The notes under the pieces are model-generated. The model did not search any database and was not told where the DNA came from. It was given only the letters and a program-made list of their open reading frames with translations. Position numbers and translations under genes: made by a program. From the NCBI GenBank assembly GCA_026770705.1, contig JANJGN010000089.1, positions 868,001-932,000 of the forward strand: a DNA stretch of 64,000 bases, given 5' to 3'. Positions 1-13,115 of this stretch are shown here, piece by piece; position 1 is the stretch's first letter; the number at the start of each line of letters is the position of its first letter. Source of the DNA: Isurus oxyrinchus (taxonomy: Eukaryota).

Positions 1-279
1 GTTGAAACCATTCTGCCGAAATCAAATCTAAAGCTACAAAATTTCGCGCCATCGATAAGCTGATATCTTATGCATTCTGCTGCATTCAAACTAGTAACGA
101 CCCCCTACGTGAAACAATAACTCGCTTCCCAGCAACCAAATGCTGCTAATTTCAGCAAAGTATATTCATGCACAAATTTCTGAACAGGCAGGCTGGCTCG
201 GCCCAAGAATCATATCCTGCTCCTAGATGTCCTCCAAAAATGCTGCATTACCGTCTCTCAAATACTGATACACGTTCGC

Positions 280-1135
280 AGCACACAAGAAGGTCAATAG
301 GCCCATAGTGTCAACGAAGATCTGACTACACTAATCCCATTTCAAGTGCTTGGCCCATAGACCTGAAGGCTAAGGCAACACAAGATAATGTCTAAATGCT
401 TCTTAAATGCTACGAGAGCTTCTGACACTCGCCCTTCAAGGCAGTGTGTTCCATACTTCCATCAGCCTCTGGATGAAAACAATTTTCCTCAACCCCCCTC
501 TTAGCCTTCAGCCTCTTACCTTAATTCTATCCCCCTGATTATTGACCCCTCTACTAATGGGAAAATTGATTTCCGATCCAGCTTAATTTTGTCCCTCATA
601 ATCTTACATATATATATACATATATATCTTAGATACCCTCTCAATCTTCGAGATGCTCCAAGCAAAACAACCCGTCTGCCTATCCAACCTTTCCACAGAG
701 ATCAGACCCTACAGCGTAAGAAGCATCCTGGTAGGTCTCTTTGAACCGACTTTAGTGAAATTTCTTCCCTCCTACAATGTTGATTTTCAGGAATGCACGC
801 AGTTGTGGTCTAACCAGTGTTTTAAACAGTTCCAGTATAACCTCCCTGCTCTTGTATGCTACACTTCGGCTAATAAAGGCACGTATCCCATAGGCTATTT
901 GCACCACCTTATCTACCTGTCCTGCAACATTCAGGAATCTGTGGATTTGCACATCAAGTTACCTCTGATCTTCAGTACTTTGCAGGGTCCGACCGTTCAT
1001 AGTATAATACCGTGACTTGCTCTCCAAATAAATTAAATCACGCTTTTCAGGCTTGAATTCCATTTGCTATTGCTCTGCCCACCTGCCCAGCTCATTAATA
1101 TCCTCCTGAGGTTTGTGGCTATTCTCCTCACTAAT
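280..1135 (-). mobile_element. CR1-type LINE 3' fragment (degenerate RT C-terminus and tail)
   Basis: Minus-strand ORF 752-952 reads VAGQVDKVVQIAYGIRAFISRSVAYKSREVILELFKTLVRPQL, the typical CR1 ORF2 C-terminal region. Boundaries approximate. Confidence 0.85.
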
Positions 1136-1779
1136 TACGACCCTAACACCCTAACATCCTAATGTGTTACAAATTAGGCTGAAACAAAATTAAATAAACG
1201 TATTGTTTGTATCTCATTGCTTAGCGACACATGCTCTGCATGGTTTCCAAGCCAGTTATCTCACATAAAACATATTCTCCTTTCAACCCAGCAGAGGTTA
1301 ATTGCAAATTTAAAATTTAACTGAAACTTCGTAATTTCGCACCTGTTTCATTGCAACAGATGTCGTCTGCACTGTCCAGTATTTCCAGCATTTCATCTTT
1401 AATTTTAATTTAGTTCACGTTGCTTCTTTCCCGTTAGTATTGTATGTATGTTTTTCTTTGGAGTAGCACATGTTACCTTGGGTTTACAAGTGCCTCAGTG
1501 TCAAAAACTTTTTTCAGCATCTACGTTTGATTCAACATGATCTGTTTTTTTTTATTGAACTACTTGAGCAGAAAGAGGCTACACCGAGTTAGTGACATTT
1601 GACAGCATCGCTACAGTATTCCAGTCTTCTTTGTGTTTTCTCCCTGTCACTTTCATTTGTCTCCAGATGAACTGCATTGCTACATTAATTGATTCGTGAA
1701 TCTGTTACCCTGAACCACTGAACCACTGAACCTCGACCCGATTGGGACATGTAACTTCCAACGAGTATTTGGGACCCTT

Positions 1780-2480
1780 TTGGACATTTCTATCAAAATG
1801 CAGCACCTGACCCTCAGCTATATTGAACTGAATTTTCCATTGAAATGACCACTGCGCAGGTTAATTAATTATCATTAATGTGCTCAGGTAGTATGTGGTA
1901 TTCACCCTCTATATTCAATGTTCTCTCAATTTGGCTTTGTATGTAATTTTGGAATCATGTTTCTGCTCCCGATCCCATACCATTTATGTAAATGGTGAAA
2001 GGTAATGATCCCAGCGCTGTTCCTTGTGCAACACCATTTCCCAACTTCCACCAGTCTCAGTAAACCCCTTTAACCCGTGTTCCCTGTTTTCTGTTTTTGT
2101 ACCCAGCTTGCTATCCATTCAGTTACATGTCCCCTAACCCCACTTGCTCTAACAGTTCTCTTGATTCCGTGGTGTTGTGACTTAACAAAGGCCTTGAGAA
2201 AATCCAAGTAGATGCTCCCCATCTATGGTACGAATCTGATCGTCAATTTCTGATGACAAATCAAGTAAGCAAATGAAGTTTGTCAAATATTTCCTTGCTT
2301 TGGGAATATGCAATGACTACTCTTTCTTATGTTGTGTAATTCTAAATGCTCTTCTAATATCTTTTTGATTCCCTTATTTTGCCTGCCACTGACGTTGTGC
2401 TAACTGATGTTTATTTCTTTCATCTTGGTCTACGTTCTGTTTTAAATACATGAATTATATTAGCTGCACTCACGTCCTCT
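1780..2480 (-). mobile_element. Old CR1-type LINE RT fragment
   Basis: The reverse complement contains GGTGTTGCACAAGGAACAGCGCTGGGATCA (GVxQGxxLG, RT motif B) and a YLDFxKAF-like segment, with many stops. Confidence 0.7.
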
Positions 2481-2769
2481 AATCATGCTCTATTGCATGT
2501 AAAATAATGTTCTTGCTGTCTCCCCCTCTTTTCTTTTCAGTACGTATCCATGCATTCTATCCAACCCAAAGGTTTTAAATTCTCTTTCATCACGTTATGG
2601 AAATTCAGCCTTAAACATGTTCAAGTTTCAGGGTTGGATTTATTCAATGCCGTTTGGCTGATTACTTCCTCCAATCAGAAAGCTCCCTCCCTTCTTCAGG
2701 TTGTGAATCCTCATTCACTTCCTCATTGTGTCCCAGCTGTCCCACAACCGGAGTTATTTCCTCTGTCCT

Positions 2770-3760
2770 GAGTTTTAAGCTATGCTCTAGAAGTCGAGTT
2801 CGTTCTGCAGCAAATCACAGTGAATTGTACAACACCAATTCCTAACTCAACTAGTCTCAGTAAACCCCTGGTTCTCACTAAAATCAAAGTGGGCGATATT
2901 TTTCCTAAGAGGCATAATGATGCAATTTTCGTGGCAGTTTCCCTCCACCATCTTCTTCTGGAAAATTCCAATGATCCCATTTATAATTGAATTGTTCAGT
3001 TTCATACACTCTCCATTCCAGTTGAACTGGTCTGTCCCTCAATGCTTATGTTCTAGGAACGAAAGCAGTCGCACAATCATGAACACGATTTCTGGGTAGA
3101 GGAGCGATTGCAATGTGTAGGTGTGTCGTCGTCGGATGCGAACATATGGATATTAAACTCAAATTGTAGCACTGAGGGATCCCTATGTGTTCTGGCTATG
3201 CTGCCGTTGTGCAGGGTGCATGCACCATTTTTTGTCACGACACTTCTGAGGTTCCTGGTTATTTTGATGACTTTTGTTGCCATTTCCTTCCTTAGATTTC
3301 AACCCAAGAAATCATTAACTTTTCTCCTAATTTCCCCAACTGTTCTCTTGGCACAGTACATCTCTGGCATTTCCCTTCCCTTTCTTTCCTCGCATTTGCT
3401 AAATCCATTTCATAAAATGGGTTGTTCACAAATATGAACTATAATGTTACCGATGATGGAACATGCTAACTTCTGAGATTGAGCTGCCACGTTCCAAAGG
3501 CTCGACAATAAGGATCACATTGTTCAAATAATAAAGTTAGAAGCTGTATTCTCCATCCAATGGCGCTGTCATCTCAAACACCGTGTCATTTTCCTCTAAT
3601 TTTTTTCAGTGATGTCCTTCACTTGGTGCTGACTATTAAGTAATTACATTCCAAATATTCTGGTGTCTCTCCAGTGCTGCTTCATTGCACCCTGAAATGT
3701 AGTTGCCCTCTTTCAACGTGGGAATTCTGTTAAGTGCTGAAATTGCGTTATTTTTGACTA
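2770..3760 (-). mobile_element. Possible highly decayed I/Nimb-group LINE (ORF1 zinc-knuckle region to APE start)
   Basis: Only fragmentary Cys/His-rich and GGG-type APE-like pieces in shifting minus frames; weak by-eye resemblance. Confidence 0.3.
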
Positions 3761-4354
3761 TTCGTTTTAGAATTCAATGAAGTTTCTGAAAAAAAAATCT
3801 ACACAAGAAAATGCTTCCGAATCACAATCTGATAAAACAGCTGAAACTGGTAAATGACTTTAATCAAATAGAGCACATCAAACAGTACAGTCCCTCCAAC
3901 AGATTACAAACACGTCAATTGACACAGCAGAAGCAATGGTAAAGGTCCAACAACGGTGGCAGACCCTCCAACGATGACAGTTTTAACTGTCTTTTCTGAT
4001 ATTTTCTTCTGACTCTTTTCTTGTGGCTCTTCTTTTCTGGCTCTTTTTCTTCTGCAGAAAGCAGTCTCAAGGTGGATACAAAATTCCTCGTCATCAATTC
4101 AAAAATAAATAAATGATAGTTAAATAAATGTGTCTATAATTGGGGAGAAATAAATTATCTGGCTCGTTTTTCTGATTCCTAATTTTGCCTTTTTTCTCAC
4201 TTATTTATTTTGTGTCTTTTCTTCCGACTGGATTGACTTTCTTGCGTTTATTTTCCGGCATCGTTTCCCGATTTTTTTCTGTCTGACTTTATCTGTCTTT
4301 TTATGACTCGTTTTTTTCTGAATTTTCTCCAGACTTTTCTTTTTGTCAGAATTG

Positions 4355-5335
4355 ATTCCTCCCCCAATTTATGAATGGCCCCTGTCATTTTTTTTTTAGT
4401 TTGCACGCTAATTTTGGACAATTCCCTCAATATTCCCGCTCCCTCAATATTTGGTGTGCCACATCAATTTTTGAGATCCCCTCCTAAACATCCACCAACC
4501 ACACCCTCCACCAGCAATGTAGCGCACCTCACTAAATTCTGTAGCCTTCCCTCTCTGCCCACCAACTTGAATCCGCCATTTTATGTGGCCATCCACATTT
4601 TTATTACTCCCTCAATATAATTGCACCCCCCACCTTCACCTATTTACTGACCTAAATTTCCTGTTTAAAATTCCCTCGCCTCAATTTTTCCATACTCCCA
4701 GACTCAGTGAAGGGAATCGTCCTCAATTTTTAAGAGCTGTTCCTATGTCCTGCTGTTACTCCATTTTTGGTGACCGCCAATGATCATGGGTACACCACAA
4801 TTTTCGACATCCTTTTTGTTTTTGACCAGTCATCCAATTTGGCCCAGCCCTCAATTTTGCGCACCCCACCCCCAAACTAGTGATGCCAGTACTGCACCCA
4901 CACTTGGGCACGCTCAATACATGCAGCCTTATTGCACGCTTTCTGAATTTAATTCCAACATATTTTCCAGACAATGTATGATGCCCCTACAGTATTGTCA
5001 TGCCCCCATTCTTTTTCAGAGTGCCTCCTTTATTTATTTTTAGATGCATTGCAATTATTAGCAATTCTCTCAATTTTGTTCTGCACAAAATATTTGGGCT
5101 GTGCACCTGATTTTTTGGGATACAACTCCTCAAGAACCCACTCAATTTGCTACCTACCCTCAGCACCCTACAATCCCACCCTTCATCCCCACAATGTTTG
5201 AATTTATCTGCATTTTTCAGGCTCCCTCAATTTAAGCCAGCCCCCTTAATTTTCTCCTGTCCGCTTTCTTCCAGAATCTTTGCTTTTGATCGTACTCTGT
5301 CTCAATATGATGGTGCTGACACCCTCAATTGTGCG
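4355..5335. repeat. Degenerate minisatellite-like tract with recurring CCCTCAATTT core
   Basis: About 20 variants of (C)CCTCAAT(T/A)T at irregular spacing, e.g. near 4423, 4441, 4610, 4679, 4721, 4848, 5068, 5141, 5224 and 5321. Confidence 0.65.
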
Positions 5336-5340
5336 TCTGA

Positions 5341-8300
5341 AGGTGATGGTTAGTTGTATACTCGCTGGATTAATAACCCAGGATAATGCCCTGGGGTTCT
5401 AATGCCTCCACGGAACTTGGTGGAACTTGAGTTCACTAAAGATCTGCCACTAAAGCCTAATGATGAAACCATTGTCTATCATTGTAATGTCCTCATCTGT
5501 CATCCTTACCTGATCTTGCCTATGCATGCAGCCAGACCGACAGTAATGTGGTTGTCGCTTACATTTTCTTTTGAGATGTTTTACCTGGCCACATGGAAAT
5601 AAGCTACGACAATTCATTAAAAAGCGCTGAAACCAGATGGACCAACTGGAATCGTTCAATTGACCAAGAGTACGGAAACGACAATGGAAATCTCTGAGCT
5701 GTCCACCCTGCAAAGCATTCCTTACTAGCATCTGGGTGCTAGAGCCAACATTGGGAGAGCTATAGACATACAACATCCTGCGATAGCCATCCTCACGTTA
5801 TCATAACTTATCGATAATGTCCCACACACCACCATCAACATCCTTTCATATATCCTGCCCACCGATAGGTCAGGCCTAGCAAAGGTGGCTGCACAGTGCT
5901 TTACAGTCGCAAAGCATTTCCCCGGCGTGTGCTCAACATCGAATCTGGATTCAATGAATTCTCAAGGCATCAAGGAAAACACGAGGAAGGAAACCTCCTG
6001 CTGATTAATACTTGCCACCACCCCCCAACCCTCAGAAACTCAGCTGATCAATCATTGCTCTTCCATGTTGAACACCACTTGAAGGAAGCACTGAAAGTGG
6101 CAACAGCGCAGAAAGTACACTGGGTTGGGTAGTTCAATATCTATCAGCAACACTGTTACGGTAGCATTACAACCGACTGAGCTGCCAGAGTGCAAAATGC
6201 AATAAATGCTGCACTGGCTCTGTGGCTAGTGATCTGGAAACCAACAAGAGGGGAAAAATAATTGCCACATCATCACCAACCCAGCTGCCGCTCAATGCTT
6301 TTGAACATGATAGCATCTGTAGGAGTGGCCACTACACAGTCATTGTGCAGATGAAGCTTCACATTTATGATACACTTCATCGCATTTTGCAGTGCTACAT
6401 CCATGCTAAATGGAAGAGCTTTAGAGCAGATCTAGCAGCTCAAGGCTCAGCATCCATGAAGCTCCGTGCAGCAACGGAACTGTACCCTAATTAATGTGTA
6501 ATCTCATGGCCCAAAATATACTCCGCTCTATCATTACCATCGGCTCAGGGCATCAACCATGGTTCGATTAACATGCAGGAAGGCAAGCCACGAGCAGCGC
6601 CAGGCATCCCTACAAAAGAGGTGTCAACCCGGTGAAGCAATAACATTGTATAAGTTCTGTGAGCAAATAGCATAAGCAGCAAGTGATACACAGAGTTAAG
6701 CGATCCCACAACTAACGGAAAAGATCTAAACTATGGTTCCCTGTCACAGCCATAAATGATTATTGGGGAACAATTAAACAAGTCACTGAAAGGGATGTCT
6801 CCACAAATATCCCAATCACCAATGCTGGAGGAGCTCAGCCTATCAGTATGAAAGACAAGGCTCAAACATTTCCCACAATCTTTAGCCAGAAAATGCTAGT
6901 GGATGATCAGTCTCCACCTCATTCAGAGGTCTCCAACATCAGTGATGCCATCAGCAGACAATTCGAATCATTCCATGCGATATCAAGAAACGGCTGAAGC
7001 CAGTGATTACTCCAAAAGCCAAGTGCCCAAACAATAACCCGGCAACAATATTGAAACCTGTGCTCCAGATCTTGCCGTGCCCCATGCCAAATTGTTCCAG
7101 TATAGCAACAACGCTGCCATTTGCCTGGATATGTGAAATATTTCCCAGAAATGACCTGTACATTACATGCAGGACCAATCCAACCCATCCAATAAATGCC
7201 CCATCAGTATACTCTCGATCACCATTTAAGTAGTTGAATTGTTATCAATAGTGCTTTCAAGCGACACTTGCTTAGCAATGACCCGCTCACCGACGCCCCG
7301 TTTGGGTACCCCAAGGACCCCACAGCTCCTGAACATATTACAGCCTTGGTTCAAACATGGGCAAAATATATGAGCTTCCAAGGTGGGGTGAGAGTGACTG
7401 CCCCTGACATCAATGCCACGTTTTAAACAAAGTGTGGCATCATGTAACCTCGCAAAATTGGAGTTAATGGCAATGAGATGTAGAGCTTTAGGCTAGTTGT
7501 TGTCACACCTTGCACAAAATAAGATGCTTGAGGTTGTTGGATGTCAGCCATCTCAACTCCAGGATATCACTGTAGGGGTTCCTCAGGATGGTGCTCTTGG
7601 CCTAACCATCTTCAGCTGCTTCATCAATGACCTTCCATCCATCCTTAAGTTAGAAGTGGGGATGTTCGCTGATGATTGCATAATGATCAGCACATTTCGG
7701 GAATTTTCAGATACTGAAGCAGACCGAGTCCAAAAGCACCAATACCTAGACAATTTCCAGGCTTGGGCCGGCAAGTGGCAAGTGCCATTCGCATCACATA
7801 AGTGCCAGGCAAAGACGATCTTCCAACAGGAGAGAATTCAAACATCGCCTTTTGATGTTAAATGGCATTACCCTCACTGAATTAGTCACTATCTATATCC
7901 TGCGGGCTACCACTAACCAGAAACTGAACTGGATGAGCCATATAACTACTGCGTTAACAAGAACATGTCCAAGGCTAGGAATTAGGTGATTATTAACTCA
8001 CCTCCTGAATCTGCAAAGACTGTTCCCCATCTGTAATGCACAAGGCAGATGTCTGATGGCATAATCCCACTTGCTTGTATGGGTGTATCTCCCACAACAC
8101 TCAAGAGGCGTAACACCATCCAGGACAAAGTAGCCCACTTGATTGGCATCACAATCAAAGCATTCACTGACTCCACATCCAACAGGCAGCAACAGAATCC
8201 TGTACCATATACAAGTTGCAATGGAGGAATTCCGCAGCTACCCTTCGGCATCACCTTGCAAACCAATGGCATCTATCATACAGAACGACAAGTACAGCAG

Positions 8301-8560
8301 ATCAGTGGGAACAGCACTTCCTGCAAGTTCCCTTCCACATCACTCACCATTCTGAGTTGGAAATATTTTGCCGTCCATTCACTGTCACTGGGTCAAAAAC
8401 CAGGAATTCCCTTCCCACCATTGCTGTGGGTGTGCCTACACGACATGGACTGCAATGGTTCCAGGAGGCAGCTCACTACCACCTTCTCACGTGCAACAAG
8501 CGATCAGCAATAAATGCAGGGCCAGCTAGGAAAGCCGACATCCTGTGAATGAAGATAACA
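5341..8560 (+). mobile_element. Near-full-length decayed CR1/L2-group LINE (APE + RT) with tRNA-like 5' head
   Basis: RT motifs VGVPQDGALGLTIFSCFINDLPS...GMFADDC (ORF 7497-7880). APE-like segments at 5750-6400. Tail ends AATAAATGCAGGGCC...ACATCCTGTGAATGAA near 8550. The 5' end has A-box-like TGGTTAGTTG and B-box-like GGTTCTAATGCC. Confidence 0.85.
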
Positions 8561-8564
8561 AGTG

Positions 8565-9250
8565 GAAGAATCACGAAAGTCTAGTGTGCATGCGCAGCAT
8601 TTAATTACGAATGCTAATAGAGCGTTATTGTTTGTTGGAGGGGAATTGAATACAATGGTAAGTATGCTTCAGTTATACATTGCTCCAGTGAAACCAAATT
8701 TGGAGTTCTGTAGACAGTAATTGTCACCTTATTTAAGGAAGGATGCAAATGCGTTGGAAGCAGATCAGAGACAATTTAAAAGTCTGAGGCCTGGCATAGG
8801 TAAATTGACTTATGAGGAAAGCTTGGGCAGACTAGCCTTTTGTCCGCTGAAGTTTAGAAGGGCACGAGGCGACTGCATTGAAACATATAAGATTCCGAGG
8901 GCTCTTGACAGGGTATAGGTAGGGATGATATATCCGCTTGTGGGAAAATCGAGAACTAGGTGTCACATTTTGTAAGTAAGGGTTCACCCATTTATAACAG
9001 AGGTGAGGCCATTTTTTCACACTGACAGCCTTGAGGCTTTGGAACTGTTTTGCTTAAAAAGAGCTTGACGTAGAACATTTGAATATTTTTAAGGCAGAGG
9101 TGGCGAGATCCTCGATAAGCAGATGGGTCATAAGTTATCGTCGGAAGTTCGAATGCAGATTTCCAGTTACTATCAGATCGGCAGTGATTTTATTATACGG
9201 CGAAGCAGGTTCGAGGTGTTGAATGGCCATATTTTGCTACTTGTTCGTAT
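8565..9250 (+). mobile_element. CR1-type LINE 3' fragment
   Basis: ORF 8721-8918 SPYLRKDANALEADQRQF...LTYEESLGRL...RARGDCIETYKI is the CR1 ORF2 C-terminus, followed by a CR1 tail. Confidence 0.85.
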
Positions 9251-9529
9251 GCTCTTGTGTAAGGTTCGTAGTTAACCTCCTCCCCTCTCCCCCTTTCTTA
9301 ACTAATGGAGCAACAATTGCGATCTTCCAATCTTCAGGTCCCAGAATCTATAGAATTTTGGTAGATGACAATTACGACAGCTCTGCAGCCACCTATTGCA
9401 ACTCTCTGATGTGTGGGTTATCAGATCAAGAGCAATTATCAGCATTCAGCACTATTAGGTTATCAGATCCACATATTCATTTATTTTCCTTCATCATTAT
9501 CGCCAGTCTCTTGGTTCTCCAGTATTCCT

Positions 9530-12080
9530 GGGAGAATTTCCCCATCTCTCACACGTGGGTTTCGTGGCGGTGTGAAGCGGAGAACCTAGCAGCAGGCAAA
9601 AAGTCACAATTCAGCTGTCACAAATTAGCTTACAATTCTCCTAACGGGGTACTAACGGGGCGTTTATTACTCCTCTAACTAATGGCATGATTTCATTTTG
9701 CATTCATTAGCATGTCACGAATGTTCATTAAAGTAGATTCTCATTGGAATCTGGCCACGGCTTCAGTCTTCCATAATGCCTGCGGGAATGTACATCGGCG
9801 GCAAATCCATTTGTGAAACGGTGGCATGCACAAGTCGCTCTTCAGTTCGCTGGCAAACTCCAGGCGAGTGGGCCAAAGCTGCTCGAGAGATATTGCGATG
9901 GATGCCACTTTCCTCAGGCTGTCGGGTACTCCTGCTCTTTGCCTACCTTGTCCCGAGAAGCACCACTGCACTGCGATACACATGCATGCTTCCAAATTTA
10001 GTGACTTAAACTTCAACTTGGGGTGGGCTGTGAGGCGAGGGCTGGCTTCATGAACACGAGGGGTTATCGGGGAGTGAAGCTCGTGTGATGGCATACATTT
10101 GCACGGGCTAACATGAGGGAGACAGTTGGGAGGGAAGGTTGTGCAATGGCCGCCAGGGTAAAGTGTGAACACCAGTGCAACAGGCGGAGGGGAAGGCTGT
10201 GAAATGGCAGTTAGGGGGAAGGGTGAACACGAGTGTGCCCTTTCTCGGAATGAACTCTAAACCTTTGTTCCCGCAGGAGTGAGCAATAATCCGCTTAAAA
10301 GGAAAGGAGGGAGAATTCCTTGGATGGAAAGGCCCTGAAAGCCAATGGTTTCTTTAACAGTGTTAAAGAGTTACTCTGAACTTTGTGGCTTAAAACCACA
10401 GTCACTGCACCTCAATAGAAGCACTTAGGAAGAGGATTTACGAATGCAAGCTATAGTGAAGAAGGAATACCGGCATCATTTAGGAAACGTCATCAATCTG
10501 CCACGTGTTCACCAGGGTTGACGCACCTTATGGGGCAAAGGTCATCCAATCACTGATTGATCATTGATTGTGATATCAGAGATTGAAGCACAGAGCTAGG
10601 TTGGACCAATCGTCTCTTTTAATCTGTAGCATCCCACCCAGATCTCAAGATTTTACACATCCTCGATGCCACCTTGGTCACCCCAGTTTGTGTGTTTCTG
10701 TCTCAGGGACAAGCTGGCTTCAGCCACTATGCAGGTATGGAAGAAAAATCTGCGGACCCTTACATTCTCCAAACGTGTCATCCTCACAGGTTAACTTTGT
10801 TGCCTCTTGAACTGTTAATACCTTCAAATTTCCCTTTCAGAGGGAAGGTAAAAGGTGACAGCGATATTGTGCTCAATGCTGCCCTTGTCAAGGTCCTAAC
10901 GTAAGCAAGGAGGCAGGGGAGGGAGAGGAGGCGCTGCGTGCATCCAGAAGGAGGTAAATGGTCAGGCAGAGCCAGAGCATCATTTGCAGTGCCAGTAGCT
11001 GTTCCCAGACAATGGGGTGGCTCACCAGACCTAGGGCATAGCGTTGAAGAGTCTCCTACTTACAGATCAAATGAGTGGCATTGCCATGCACATCTGCCCT
11101 TGTCCCCAGCTCAGGTATGTCATATTTGCCACATTCTTGGTGAATATATGACCCACGTTCATTTGGAGACTATGCCTGGCCAGTGGCTTTGAAGGTGACC
11201 ACTGCACTCAATTTGTTAGCTTCTGGATCTTTGAAATGTTCAACAAGCAGGCAGCGTGGCGTTAGTCAGTCCGCATCACATTGTTGCACAAATAAGGTTA
11301 CGGTTGCACTTTGTTGGAAGGCCTGTCATTTAGTCTGGCTCATTCTGGGCGAAGATCATCAGGCTGTGAAATATACGGGCTTCGCCAGCATCTCAAGCTT
11401 CGCAAAAGTGCAGCGTGAACTAGATTGCACCATTATGGATGTATGGGCTCCATGGTAGCAGCCTACAATATTTATAAACCGCAAGGACAATCGTTCCATC
11501 AAGGTATAACTGGTGTGTGATCACCCAAAGCCCATCCTGCACGTTTATGAAGGTTTACCCTAGGAGTTGCCAGAAATCCTACACACTAAGTCAAACTCGG
11601 GTGCCTGATATTTTCGAGGGGCCATTATGTCTGCAGGGATGGTTGCTTGGAGGTAAGGGGTGGGCACTGAAAAGCTGGCTGATGACACCAGTGCTTCACC
11701 CTAAGACTCGTTCCGAGGAGAGGTGAAATGGTGCTCAGTACTCCACATATTTCCGATGGAGCAGACCACACAGCTTCTGAAGATGCTTTCAGATGTCTGG
11801 ACCGTTCAGGGAGCTCATCCAATGCCCTCCCAAGAGGGTTTCCAACAAGATCGCAGTATTTTGAGCTCTTATCAATCAAGCTATGCAAAGAGGCGAATCC
11901 CTGCCAGAGTACAACCTGGAGAAGGATGAGACCTCATCGGAGGATGTAGATCCGAAGACCCAGCTGCCTTTTGGGGCTGCTGGGGGGGGGGGCGATATGA
12001 GCTCGATTACGCAATGTGGGAAGGAAGATGTGGGAAACGTGCCTGTCATACGTTAACTGCTGCAAGTGTCCAGGAAGAGT
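9530..12080 (+). mobile_element. PIF/Harbinger DNA transposon relic; HARBI1-like DDE transposase remnant at ~11030-11950
   Basis: Frameshifted pieces: VCHICHIL; ALKVTTALNLLASGS...GVSQSASHCC; FASISSFAKVQRELDCT (cf. GFPxVQGAIDCTH); LQGWLLGGKG..LKSWLMTP (cf. GWLLGDKGY); FRCLDRSG. The extent upstream of 11000 is tentative and no TIRs were identified. Confidence 0.8.
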
Positions 12081-12119
12081 AAAGTCAAGAGAGGGAATAA
12101 AGCTACATCTGTCCTCCCA

Positions 12120-12720
12120 GAGTTAGAAATCTGAACAGGGCTGCAATCCAAAAGCAGGGAAGATATACTGAACCTTTCTGAATGATTGGTCAGAACCCAG
12201 CTGGCGCATTATCACCCATTCCTCGCCGCATGCTTTAGGAAAGATGTCAAGGTGCTAAAGATTTTGCAAATGAGATATGCTAGTAGAGTACAGAGGCGCG
12301 GGACTGCAGTTACATGGAAAGAGAAGGAAGATGGATTCTTCTCCTTCCAGCAGGTGTTAAGACGAGGTTTAATGGAGTTAAGCAAACTGCTAAACTAAAT
12401 CATAACAACCTGTTTCCATTGAGGGAAGAGGCGCTAACCAGAGGGTAGATAATTGACAAAATGATAAGAGGGGGATATGAGAAGACTTCTTTGATGCAGC
12501 AGATTGTCTTAATCTGGAATTCACAGCCTGAATGGGTGGTAGAAGCAGGTACAGTAATAGCTTAAATAATGGATTTTAACAAATCCGTGATGTTGGGAGG
12601 TCACAGGGTTATGGAGGAAGGAAAGAGTAGTGGAACTAATTGATTAGCTCCTTTAGAGTGCCCGCACAGGCATGATGTCTGAATGGCATCGCTTCTGTGC
12701 TGCATCATTCTAATCCTGTA
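12120..12720 (+). mobile_element. CR1-type LINE 3' fragment with tail
   Basis: ORF 12186-12398 VRTQLAHYHPF...FRKDVKVL; tail ends CTGTGCTGCATCATTCTA. Confidence 0.75.
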
Positions 12721-13115
12721 TGATTTATTGAGTTTAATAAATCCCCTGATTGACGCAAAGAGCCGCATTAATCCCTTTGTTTGAGATACGGAAGTTACTG
12801 CTCTGTACCCAATGTTTAGTCATTATTGCATCCTTCCAATTGCACGCAAAATCCAGCGGTGTCCTCACCAGGAGCCAGATACTGGAAATTGGATCAGCAG
12901 CGTTCTATTCATCTAGTGTTAATCGGGCGGAATTCGGAACACATTTCCTGCGAGACAATTTCCTCAATAGCAGACAGAGAGCTGGAGAGTCGGGAACAGA
13001 ACAACTGTGACAGTTCGTCCACTGACTCTTCATCTCTCTCAATGAAACCTGTCCCAGGAATCGTTGATATTAATGTTCTTATGTGCAGCAATTGTCCGGC
13101 AGGATTTGATCCCAA
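12721..13115 (-). repeat. Unclassified ~400-bp element, copy 1 (paralogous to 59140-59549)
   Basis: The reverse complement shares ordered words TTGGGATCA, TGAAGAGTCAGTG, TTGTTCTGT, CAGGAAATGTG, GCTGCTGATCCAA, TGCGGCT and CTCAATAAATCA with 59140-59549. Confidence 0.8.
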
